A DNA stretch of 64,000 nt from Octopus sinensis (lineage: Eukaryota). Every line of letters starts with the position of its first letter. The first letter of the stretch is position 1. Made by a program: the position numbers and the translations under genes. Location of the stretch: NCBI RefSeq assembly GCF_006345805.1, contig NC_043001.1, forward strand, positions 93,434,001 through 93,498,000. Direction: 5' to 3'. A model generated the notes under the pieces. It did not search any database. It was not told the DNA's origin and worked only from the letters and a program-made list of their open reading frames with translations. Below are positions 27,443 through 39,152 of this stretch, piece after piece.

Positions 27443-28017
27443 AATATATATAAGTCCACCATTCTTGCCCTGTATCAATATAATCGGATGAACGTACAAA
27501 TGCCTCTATTGACAACATGATGCCAACTCTTTCTATCTATAATATTATTTCTTTCAATGTTGTCATTATTGCGATCGGCGCAGCCTCTCCAAGATCAAAG
27601 TATCCACTAGCAAAAGAAGTAAAGTCTCATTCAAAAACAGCTACATGTTTGTATAAAAGGGGAAGCATTTTGAAATGTCGTACATATGCGTAAATGGTGT
27701 TGATATTTTAGGATTGGATATCCTGTTCTTCGTTTGCCAACTGGATCAGTAGAGACCTTGGGTTGAACAAATGAAATAGTGTGTCATTATCAGTATTAAT
27801 GTCATCATAATAATAATGAGCCAGAAGTAGTGAAAGAATTAGTAAAAAAATCAATTCAAAATCTAATCGTTCGTAAATTTGGTGACTGCAATGGATGGAT
27901 GGATGGAAGTTGATGTCGAGAGAATCTAAAAAGTTGTTTTTCTAACCTTATTTACTTAGTCACACGTTCTTTGTCACATCATCTTCTCTTTGGCTTTGAA
28001 TGTTTGTCCGATTCTTT

Positions 28018-28056
<39 letters not shown>

Positions 28057-28244
28057 CTCTCTCTCTCTCTCTCTCACCTCTCTTCTCTCGTCTCATCCTC
28101 TCTCTCTCTCTCTTCTCTCTCACTCCTCTTTCCTTTCTTCTCTCTCGTTCTCTCCTCTATTTCACTTTCTGTCACAGTCTGTGTATATTTACTAATGATC
28201 TACATTGTCAAGGTGTGTATATATGTACACACATATATATGTAT

Positions 28245-28390
28245 GTATGTCTGTATTTATGTATGTATATGTATGTGTGTGTATGTCTGTATTTATGTAT
28301 GTATATGTACGTGTGTGTATGTCTGTATTTATGTATGTATATGTATGTGTGTGTATGTCTGTATTTATGTATGTATATATATGTATGTGT
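28245..28390. repeat. 36-bp minisatellite built from TA/TG microsatellite, 4 units
   Basis: ctgtatttat recurs at 28251, 28287, 28323, 28359. Confidence 0.85.
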
Positions 28391-28817
28391 ATGTGTAAAT
28401 ATTTATCTATCGACCAGGTACATAATACACATTTATATGCATAAATATATGTGTATTTATAGGCACAAATGAACATATGTATATATTCATACATCTGTAT
28501 ATATAAATGTATAATGTATGTATGTGTACATATATCGATACACACGTATATGTACACACATACACACTCACACAAACACATATACATACATACATATATA
28601 TATATATATACATACATACGTATATATACAGACACACAAAACACACACACACACACTCACATGTATATATGTATGTATTTTTGTCTGTATATCCATATAG
28701 TTCTGTGCGTGTAGGGAATCAATTGAGACACGTAAAGATGGAAATGCCTTTCAACGTCACGTTTGGAAACCTTCTATGAATAATGAAAGCTTGCTTAAGA
28801 GCGAGAAAAACATGGTA

Positions 28818-28885
28818 ACCACCACCACCACCACCACCACCACCACCACCACCACCAACACCACCACCACCACCTCCACCACCAC
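28818..28885. repeat. (CCA)n microsatellite
   Basis: Trinucleotide run; source of the poly-G pseudo-ORF. Confidence 0.95.
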
Positions 28886-29026
28886 ATTCATGTATATAAT
28901 CAACGCAATCTTTTTCCAGTAGAACTATATTCAATGAGAAACCAACTACTACAATCGCCATTATTCTCACTTTTTCTCCTCTACTCAGAGCCATCTAAGG
29001 AACTACTAAGTGATCATTATAATTAT

Positions 29027-29205
29027 TAGAAATAACAGCTAATTCTCCCTAATATCGTAAATCTCTCTCTAAGTGTTTCTCTCTCTCTCTCTCTCTTAAA
29101 GGACATACTGTAAATCCTGATCGAGCATATGACTAAAACGACTGGATAGTTATGGCTGGAACGCCGTTGTATATGGCTGCTGGATTACAGCTGACCTAGG
29201 GCTAT
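29027..29205 (+). repeat. Old dispersed repeat family, diverged copy
   Basis: tagaaataacagctaattctccct...tatggctggaacgcc...cagctgacctagggcta; homologous segments elsewhere in the window. Confidence 0.55.
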
Positions 29206-29294
29206 GCTCCTACAAAGTTGTATGGTTACCCTTATTTAGTGCCTTTATGATAGTAATTAGAGAAAAAAAGTAGCAATACTAATATTCGGTCCAG

Positions 29295-29490
29295 ATTTTG
29301 GTACAAGGCCAGCAATTTCGAGAGAGCGGTCAGTCGATTACATCGATCTTTGTGATTAACTGGTTCTTATTTTAACGACCGTAAAAGGGTAAAAGCAAAA
29401 TCGACCCCGGCGGCATTTGAACTCAGAACGTAATGTCGGACTGAATGCTGCTACGCAATTTGTTCGACGTGGTAACGCAGTTTTCGCTAG
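29295..29490 (-). mobile_element. SINE family B, diverged monomer
   Basis: ttttggtacaaggccagcaatt tail; gcaaaatcgaccccggcggcatttgaactcagaacgt B-box region. Confidence 0.8.
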
Positions 29491-29584
29491 CGACATTCCT
29501 TCATAAAACAATTGTCGACTTGTAACTCTAGTTAGAAGCACTTGCCGAACCTACCACACACTAGAGGTGAACATATATATATAT

Positions 29585-29845
29585 ACTCTTTTACTTGTTT
29601 CAGTTATTTAACTGTGACCATGCTGGAGCACCGCCTGTAGTCGTGCAAATCGACCCCAGGACTTATTCTTTGTAATCCTACTACTTATTCTATCGGTCTC
29701 TTTTCCGAACCGCTAAGTTACAGGAACGTGTACACACCAGCATCGGTTGTCAAACGATTTGGGAGGGGGGCAAACACAGACACACAAACATATACACACA
29801 AGCGGTTCGTAAGCAAGCTACTTACCACACAGCCACTCCTACACC
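29585..29845 (-). mobile_element. SINE family A, internally deleted (CORE-like part missing)
   Basis: 3' module 29585-29775 joined via a CA linker to head remnant gtaagcaagctacttaccacacagccactcct. Confidence 0.85.
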
Positions 29846-30892
29846 CATAAAGAATTTAAGGTCTCACCTTATATATATATATAAATTAAATTTAAAGAGA
29901 TGACCGTCCCTTCTCTTCCTTGTTCCTCTTTCTCTTCGTCATATTTTACCACATCTTCTGAAATATATCATAAGCTGTTTGTTTGCTTCTTCTAAAACCT
30001 ACTTCTGTTTCCATCGAGATGGAATCTAGTCTGAAGCAGAATTCAGTTTCAGGGTAACCTCACAAATGAAATTAAATAATGATCTTATAAATTATAGTAT
30101 TTATCTATTGATGTTTATCAGAACAGAAGATAATTTGCTTCAAAGTTCTCAGTAGAACACCAACTAATGAAATAATAAATAAATGTGATAGATTCTTTTT
30201 AAGGGGATCCTAAATCCATTAGAAATAAAGGGAAGTAGTGAGAGCTCTATAAACGAGATGCAAGTTGATGTGATAATGCAGAGAAAGATGTATATAAAAT
30301 AAAACAGATGTGCATAAGAAAATGTTCAAAAAAGGAAGAAGATTAGAGGGTCTGCTAGCTGTGGAATGAAAATGTAAATAATGGTCAACGTGAAAAAAAT
30401 AGCACCAGCCTTTGGTTCCTAAAGTATTATGTGCGCTTTTGCCATTGAACTATAGGCCTGCTCTGAATCAGTAGATCTCTGATCGATATTACACAAGCCA
30501 TGACCATCGGAAGTAGTGTATCTAATGTGCACGCTTATACTTTTTGAAAATGCAGTAGGATTTGTTATGAGGGAGATTACGCTGCTATTAGCAAGTGGCT
30601 GTTACCAATACACACAGCGAACGTGCATTAGCACCCGTGTTGGCTGAATTCCGTAGAATATGTGTAGTTGACGTAAGTGATAAAAACAAATGCTAATTAC
30701 AATGACTAAATCCAAACATACTTTAGCGAAGCATACTAATTATGTTAATCAATAAAATCTCACTAAACTTCCAGTTCGTTTACTTTTAACGCTGTTTAAT
30801 TGATGAGGAGATGAATATACAGTGGTACATAGCATTTTGTTTAATACTTAACCGTTATTTATGTCTCCAAATTCGCTATCAGAAATTACTGG

Positions 30893-31095
30893 TTTCAAGT
30901 TTTGGCACACGGCCAGCAAGTTCGGTGGGATGGGACTAGTCGATTAGATCGACCTTATTGCTCGACTGGTAATTATTTATCAACCCCGAAGAATGACAGG
31001 CTATGTTAGACTCGGAGTAATGTAAATTCAGATCGTCAAGGCGAGCGAAATGTCGCTAAGCTTTTAGTCCGGTGTGCAAACGATTCTACTAGCTT
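30893..31095 (-). mobile_element. SINE family B, diverged monomer
   Basis: ttttggcacacggccagcaag tail; ttatcaaccccgaagaatgacaggc; gcgaaatgtcgctaagc. Confidence 0.7.
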
Positions 31096-31116
31096 AACAG
31101 AAATATTAGTAATAAA

Positions 31117-31345
31117 GGCGGCGAGCTGGCAGAAACATTAGCACACCGGGCGAAATGCTTAGCAGTATTTCGTCTGCCGCTACGTTCTGAGTTCAAATTC
31201 CGCCGAGGTCGAGTTTACCTTTCATCCTTTCGGGGTCGATTAATTAAGTACCAGTTAGGCACTTGAGTCGATGTAATCAACTTAATCCATTTGTCTGTCC
31301 TTGTTTGTTCTCTCTGTGTTTAGCCCCTTGTGGGCAGTAAAGAAG
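31117..31345 (+). mobile_element. SINE family B, young monomer with spacer-type tail
   Basis: ggcggcgagctggcagaaacattagcacaccgggcgaaatgc...gagttcaaattccgccgaggtcgagtttacctttcatcctttcggggtcgat...gtgtttagccccttgtgggcagtaaagaa; imperfect TSD agaaat(a)tta..aataa. Confidence 0.9.
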
Positions 31346-31589
31346 TATTAGAAATTATTAATAAGAGAAAGGGAATATTAGGCAATGCTTCTGAAACTAT
31401 CGTATGTAATAGCCAATCTACATCGTAGAACACCACACCGTAATTTTCGTTCTGAAAACTCCTTTAAGTCCAACAATCTTCATGTTGATGTACTATAATG
31501 AATGTGATTTGACTCATGATGAATCTATTAATATTCTGAGCTCCGAAATATCACAAAATGCAGATTTCGAGCCAAATCGACCGTAGAGC

Positions 31590-32470
31590 ACGAGTAAAGC
31601 AAGTAAAATCGTTAATGCGTTGGAATTTCTTCCGATTCTCTACGTTCTGAGTTCAAATACCACCGAGTAAAATAAATACCTTTTATCTTTTTATAGTTGG
31701 TAAAATAAATACCAGTTGAGCACAGGAGGTCGATGTAATTGTCTTATCTCTTGCCTAAAATTCCTGGCCATTTGCCAAAATCTGAAAGCATTTTAAATGC
31801 GGTGAACAAGCAGAATATTTAGCATGCCTGACAAAAGGCTTAGCGTCATTTCAAGAATAGATTTAACTTCTATCAATTCAGGGTTGAGAAAAAAAAAGAG
31901 CCCCACTTGAGCACAGAGTTTTATGTAATCGACTTACACTCCGCATCAAAATTGCTACCTTGTGCCAAAATTTAGAAAAAAAACCCTATTATTTTTAATT
32001 GAAAACGTGACATTCATTCTGATTGTTAATGTCCTGAGTTCAAATTCTATGTTGGTTAACTTTGCTATCAAAGTTTTTCGAGTTAAAGATATAAAGTACG
32101 AGTTGTGCGCTGTGGTCGATGTGACCGGTGAGCCAGATTCCCCACCATTTCAGGCGTTGTAAAGGATTGTTATTGCTGTAATGAATCGTGGCCGATGAAA
32201 AAAGTACCAGTTGAGTATTGCAGTTGATGTAATCTGCGATCCCTCTCCCACAAATATCTAATCCTGTGCCTATAGTACAAAGGATTATGATTGTTATTAT
32301 TAGTACGGTGAGCTGGTAGAACCGATAGCGCGTCTTTACGTACTGAGTAAAAATTAAATCGAGATCGACTTTGCCTTTCATCTTTCTGCGATCGTACCAG
32401 TTGAGTGCTGGAGTCGATGAAATCTACTAAATTCCTTCTCCGATCTTGCTGCCCTTGTGCCACAATTTCA
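31590..32470 (+). mobile_element. Cluster of about five decayed family B SINE copies or fragments
   Basis: Recurrent gagttcaaat, accagttgag, gtcgatgtaat and ccttgtgcc motifs at ~31650-31790, 31860-31970, 32035-32160, 32200-32280, 32310-32470. Confidence 0.7.
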
Positions 32471-33084
32471 AACCATTATTATCATTGATTGTTATTTTCT
32501 TTAAGCTATTAAAGCTAATTTCATGTTCGATTCCCAGCGCCTCAGCATACGACATTTACCTTGAATACACTGCTGTTTCTAGGATATTCTGTATAAAACA
32601 ATCGCAAAAGGAATTTCGTCCCCGAAATATCACCAGGAGCAGATAATTGCTTGAAAAACTGCGTACTATTCAGGAAACTCGTCAAATAGCAACATAAGAT
32701 GAACCGACGTCTGGTAAAACTAAGCCAGACAATGAAAACGTATATATATCTGTTTTCGATAAAACTGATCGAATTAACCCGATGTTTAATTAAAATATTT
32801 GTCCACTTGAAATAATTGTGAATTTAACAAGTAGTGTGTCATCTTTTCGTCGCTAGAAATTCTATGGCTGTGTGAATATTAGTTATTGATCATACGTAAT
32901 ATGAATGACCCTAATTCGATTGTATTGCAATTTCACACACAAACATATATATGTATATAAAGGTAAATGTATGGCTGGCCCATGTCAGCAAATACACATA
33001 TATATCCTAATTATACTGCTAAAACGTATACACATTCGTACAATTATACATATTCAATATACAAAAGTACTTACACTCTGTCTG

Positions 33085-33180
<96 letters not shown>
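33085..33180. repeat. (TATC)n microsatellite (others at ~8455-8517, 26965-27045, 33669-33795, 36811-36940)
   Basis: Pure tetranucleotide run; source of the LSIY pseudo-ORFs. Confidence 0.97.
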
Positions 33181-33181
<1 letters not shown>

Positions 33182-33299
33182 CTCTTCTTACAACACATAC
33201 ACACATAAACACATACATAAAAACAAATATAAAAACGACAACAGTCAAAGGTATGTACGCTATGAGTGTATCAGGTTAATGTCCAGTTTATGATGGAAA

Positions 33300-33660
33300 A
33301 AGATGATGTGACGCCGCGTGCAAGGCTCTTCGTCATAAAGAGGGTAGGACCGGAGAGAAGGTAAAGAAAAGCTCAAGAAAAGCTCAAGAAGAGCATGTGA
33401 CTTATAAACACATGATGGCTATATCCTCCTGAACGTTGTAGGCCGTCACTGACCATCCAGAACACTGTGCACCTAGTCAAAATTATAGTTTGTGCTTATA
33501 GTACCGCTGGTGAATAACGAGCCCGGCTTTTGATAAACATGTACGTCCAGAAATACTTTTTCTCCTTCACTACACTGGCAGAGCGTTTTCGAGGCAGCTC
33601 TCTTTAGTTCAGTATGAAAAATGCGCGTTTCTTTGGTAATACCATTTCCTTCCTTTAAAC
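33300..33660 (-). pseudogene. Internally deleted Penelope-like element remnant (RT motif + decayed hammerhead)
   Basis: Minus-strand translation EKVFLDVHVYQKPGSLFTS-(frameshift)-YYKH matches the PLE RT motif FLD..V......L.TSVY.KPT; downstream cttt ATGACGA A GAGC ctt GCAC GCGGC GTC at 33307-33340. Confidence 0.55.
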
Positions 33661-33668
33661 GTTACTAC

Positions 33669-33769
<101 letters not shown>

Positions 33770-33858
33770 CTATCTATCTATCTATCTATCTATCCATCTA
33801 TCCAACTCTATCTATCTATCCAGCCATCCATCATCCATCCATATATATATCTCTATCC

Positions 33859-33902
<44 letters not shown>

Positions 33903-34480
33903 ATATAATATATAACACACGCAATTTTTACATTCAGCACCCGCAAAGAAAGCTTATTTGGAAAATAACTTCAGAAGACGCTGACATATTTCCGAAAGGT
34001 TAACTCTGTTAAACGAGTTCCGTTATATATTTGTATCTATAAGATGAGTTTGTTAGTAAATAAGGTTAATGAAAAAAGTAAAAATTAAATTAAAGACATC
34101 ACAAGTCAAGAACTAAGGAAGGGAGCAATCGTTAGCAATAAATCTCATTGAAAATGTCTATTTTTTGTTATAAGAGGACTTCGAAATATTCGTATTCAGG
34201 TCACATATCTATCAATTTTTGTAGGAAATTAATCAAATTCTTGTCTAGATAACCAATTTATTTTGAAGGAAAAAATATCACTTGTTGAACCAAATCCAAA
34301 TCTTATCATTTAAATTCTGAAAAATATAAATAATATTTTTACACGTTATATTCTGTATCTACGAAGGAAATCTGCAGCCGTTCAGGAATTTAGATTTATT
34401 TTAAATAATGCCAAAGCGTTCAATTTTATATCACTGCTACTAAGAGGTGAAGAGGCATGGCCTACTTAGTGAGACAAGTA

Positions 34481-35338
34481 CGAAATGGTATCAGAACATT
34501 CCCGAACTAGTTCTCTAGCGTACCTACACATGACAGCACACGCATGCGTGCGTAGTGAGGGCTACCAGTAACATTCAAGATGTAATGTGCTGAGTGACTT
34601 TGTTGTGTTTAGTTTGCAAGTGAAATCAGTGTTTTTGTGATCACGTGTATGCTATAAGGATTTTTGTCATAGACAGGAATTTAGAACAATGAGCCAACAT
34701 GAAATTTTGCATTAAACTTGGGAAGTCTGCTACAGAGACATTGAGCATGCTTCGGCAAGCTTACGGCGATGAGGCACTGTTTTGTTTGGCATGGGTGCTT
34801 CAAAAGGCACGGCAGCGCCACAGCTCTATCAAGAGCATGCTCATCGGTTCTTTTTTCAACATCCGCTGTATTAAGCATCGAAAATACGCTCTCCAGTGCC
34901 AGAGAGTTCTCTTGCGATGTTTGAAGCGTTTGAGGGAAGATATTCGGCGAAAGCGACCGGGTTTGTGGAGCATGAAGAATTTGATTCTTCATGACAACAA
35001 ATCGCCCTGTGACCAAGCTCTCTTCACTCTTGAGTTTCTCGCCAAAAACAACACGGTATCGCCACGGTGCCCGCCCAATTCGCCAGATTTAGCACCTGCG
35101 GACTTCCATATCTTCCACACGAGGAAAATGAAACTCTAAGGTTACCGTTTAACACCGTTCTCGAGATATGGACCGAATCGCAGAAGTTTCCAACTCGCCT
35201 ACGGAAAACGACTTCCGGGTCAGATCCCCAAAGTACTGCGCAATCTGATTATTCCGAAGGAGATGATGCTAAAAGTCAGCTTAGTAAGTTATATTTTATT
35301 AAACATTACTACTCTGAGAACTTTTAGATACCATCTCG
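34481..35338 (+). mobile_element. Internally deleted mariner (Tc1/mariner) DNA transposon
   Basis: Left TIR ta|cgaaatggtatcagaacattcccgaactagt; right TIR actactctgagaacttttagataccatctcg; encloses the transposase remnant. Confidence 0.88.
34684..35139 (+). pseudogene. Mariner transposase remnant (HTH N-terminus fused to catalytic C-terminal part)
   Basis: KFCIKLGKSATETLSMLRQAYGDEAL (HTH); RLREDIRRKRPGLW; LHDN; PPNSPDLAPADF (YSPDLAPxD motif); first catalytic region deleted, in-frame stop upstream, frameshifts downstream. Confidence 0.9.
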
Positions 35339-35667
35339 GAAATAGCTTCGACATGGGAACTGAATTCATTTCGCTGTCTAATATAGAAAATATCTGATTA
35401 AAATATTGTACATGAATGAACCCAACACATGTATCATAGATGATAAATATTCATTTCATTAGGTTAACGATTTCAATTATGTCTCGTGTTTCTGTCCATT
35501 GTTTATCGGTCAATGGTCTTATGAAAATTACATTTATATATTTTGTGTAGAATAGATGTCTTCGATTTTGCCCCATATTTGAACCACATATTCAATAACC
35601 TACATGTATGGTCCATAGCTGGTTTTTATGCATTTGAAAATAGAGGAATATATGTTTAGATGATTCA

Positions 35668-35815
35668 TTGTCTAGCGATTAGAGTGTTGAACTCTCACCC
35701 CTAAGACAATGGGATTGATCACTGGAGGGAGAGTCACGCAATGTTTTCGAGCAACGAACCTCACTTCAAAGAGGTCCAATTCACTCAGCTGGAAATGAAG
35801 AATATCTAACTGATG
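35668..35815 (+). mobile_element. SINE family C, old decayed copy
   Basis: tgtctagcgattagagtgttg head remnant; tgttttcgagcaacg...ccaattcactcagctggaaatga CORE remnant. Confidence 0.55.
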
Positions 35816-36357
35816 GTGCAGCTCTCATTCCCGCTCGTTGTTACATCCTGAACTTCTGCAGTCCAAGGGCGAGAAGATAGATGGAGTGAATATGTTCTCG
35901 AGACGATGTAACCAACGCAATAAGCAACCGCATAGTCTCACTACCAAGGCATACATATTTGCAAGTGACAGTTATGGTGTATTAGGATAACAAGCCATAT
36001 TTTCACGAGGACATCACTATACACAATGTTCATCGTAAGTGAGTCATCATTAAGATCGTTGCCCTCTTTAAAAATTGACATTTGTTGCGTCAATCAGATT
36101 TTTGCTGTCTTAATGACTGATTATCTAACTACGGTAGATAAGACTAACGGTGGAGATCAAAATACAGTTATTTTTCCTTTTGAATGAATTACATAACGAC
36201 ACACGTTGTGACTTGCAGATATAGCAATAGATACTAATAAAATAAACCACATAAACACACGAATTCATACATATATATATTTATATTATATATATATAAT
36301 ATATACACATGCACATATACATATATACATATACATGTATATATACATATATACATG

Positions 36358-36407
<50 letters not shown>

Positions 36408-36640
36408 ATATATATATAATATATTATATATATATATATATATTATATTTGATGAGTCATTGCTTACCTGGTTTTGTGATTTGGAAATTGATGGAATTAT
36501 ACAACATCCATGGTAACACGAATGGAAATTTGAAAATGAACTTACCTACAATTAAATGAGAAAACAAAGACAAATAATTAGAATTGGTGAAACTTCAGGT
36601 AAAGTAGGTACAGCAATAATACAAAGACACACAGGGTATA

Positions 36641-36671
<31 letters not shown>

Positions 36672-36765
36672 AGATACTGATCAGTGGAGAATTTCAATGC
36701 GTGGCCAACAGTTAACTTCGTACAAAAAGACGTAGCCTTGGATTGTCGTAGGTGGCAGATATACG

Positions 36766-36810
36766 GACATACATGGATGTTGCAGGGGTCTTGCAACATC
36801 CATGTATGTC
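36766..36810. repeat. Perfect 19-bp inverted repeat (hairpin)
   Basis: gacatacatggatgttgca (36766-84) / tgcaacatccatgtatgtc (36792-810), 7-nt spacer. Confidence 0.9.
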
Positions 36811-36929
<119 letters not shown>

Positions 36930-37799
36930 GTCTATCTATCAATCGGTACACATGCCTACTCACACTCAATAGCACTTACATAAACACAACATACATTCAG
37001 ACGCGCATACACACATACGCACACATAACTGAAAATCATTGCTGACATTATTGGCTACTGTAAAACATTTCTTTTGTTTCTACTAATAACCTTTACTCTT
37101 TTCTCTTAGTTCCTAGACCACTAGCATAAGCTGTAGAGAGAAAAAAAGCACATTCCATAAATTTTTACAAGATTGTTATTAATTTCGTCTTCAATCAAAT
37201 CTCTCGCTTCGTAAAATAAGGTTTAGTTAAAAAGTCACATGATATATCATTATGAAGCCTTCTAAAAAGAATGAAATAATAATATATAGGATTACCAGTA
37301 GCTATAAATGGTAACAACTAAGTAATACGGTAACAAATAAATACATAAATATATAAATATTTGTGGATTATATGTGTCCCTTTCCTCATAATTTCTTAAT
37401 ATCAAATTCAAATGTTTAATCTAGCCTCAGGATATCAGGCGATGATACCTTCCTTGTAATGATAGCCATCAATATCTGTTACAAGAAAGTCAATAACCGC
37501 CTCATAACTCCCCCCACACATACACACGCATATACATGAATATATGTATGTACATACTCACAAACACACTATTGGTGTTTTTCATTGAATAAGCGTCTAT
37601 TGGAAGTCAAGATAGTTTGAACGCAGTATTATTCTAGACGTTGTCTACAGAGTTAGAAGCGCTCGTAAACATACTGAAAGTCATCGCATCTAGCACCATA
37701 AGAGTTTCTCAAATCCACAACTCCTGATTACTACGCACGCAGACACACACACACACCATACATACATAACCATACATACATACATACTATATATATATA

Positions 37800-37838
<39 letters not shown>

Positions 37839-37842
<4 letters not shown>

Positions 37843-38070
37843 TTTATTTGAAAGCAGCAGAAATATAACAAGAGCTGTTACTCATAGTTTCACGTTGCCG
37901 TTCGTCGGACAGTTTTGTAAACAAAAAATGTCCGGCGAACGGGGACATGAAACTCTGAGTAACGGCTTTTGTTATATTTCTGCTGCTTTTAAATAAAGTA
38001 TGTTACTTTACCTCTATTATTTGAGTACTCTTTTCCCACCCCCTTGTTTCACATTTATGCGCTTACTCCG
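37839..38070 (+). mobile_element. Fold-back element (~80-bp arms + unique tail) with a hammerhead in each arm; Penelope-like pLTR derivative
   Basis: 37839-37918 is inverted relative to 37921-38001; tail 38002-38070; (TA)n on both sides. Confidence 0.8.
37875..37912 (-). ncRNA. Minimal type I hammerhead motif, CCGACGA (U4C) core
   Basis: Minus strand reads ctgt CCGACGA ACG gcaa CGT GAAAC tatga GTA acag: stem I CUGU/ACAG, stem II with GNRA loop, helix III ACU/AGU, GUA triplet; the mirror copy at 37928-37964 is more decayed. Confidence 0.75.
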
Positions 38071-38158
<88 letters not shown>

Positions 38159-39094
38159 AGTATGTACATGAGGAGAAAGAGAAGGGAGAGAAAGAGAATG
38201 AGAGGGTGAGAGAGTGTATGTGAGGAAGAGTGCAGCAAATGACCATAAGCCAATCGCATTACATTGAGAACTTTGTGAAATATAAATCCGTAAACCATTT
38301 TAAGACTAAGAATTGAAGGGACATGATAAATATATCATGTTACCACATAGAAGTATCAGTGCTCTAATTTATAATTTATTATATCTAACATTTTCATTTC
38401 TCCTTCTCGTTTCCTCCTTCGATCATTCGTTTATGCACAGATGGGAGAGGCAGAAAGAAACAAAGACAAGGGGAGATAGAAGTAAAACAGAAAGATAGTG
38501 AGATACAGATTCTGATGTGGGAGCAATATCAAGGCAAGATAACTGTGATAACGACTAATATAACATTACATATTAAGGATGCAAATTTAATAAATTGCTG
38601 TAAAGATTAGGGTTTCAGTCCCAGTGCAGCCAACTGAAATAGTTGTTACAGAATAAGACAAAATGCTTTGCGATATTTGTTCCGGCTCTCTACTTTCTCG
38701 GTTCAACTCCCGCTAAGGTCAATGCAATAGAATACCCGTCAAGAGTAAATGGCATCGATTAACTATCACCAGCCAAAATTACTGCCCTTTTGCTAAATTC
38801 AAAATTGTTACATCTTTATATATATATCTCATTACACTCACACACAAGCGCACACACACACACACAAACTCTCACACACACACGTACACCAACACATTTA
38901 CATGCATAATGGATATGTGTGTCTCTTTTGTGTAAGTAATCGTATCATTCTGTAAGACTATCTGTCATGTCATGTGTCAAAATTTCCTTATATATATACA
39001 TACATACATACATACATATATATATATATATATGTATGTATGTACATTCATATATATATATAATATATATATAAATATATATATATATGTATGT

Positions 39095-39152
<58 letters not shown>

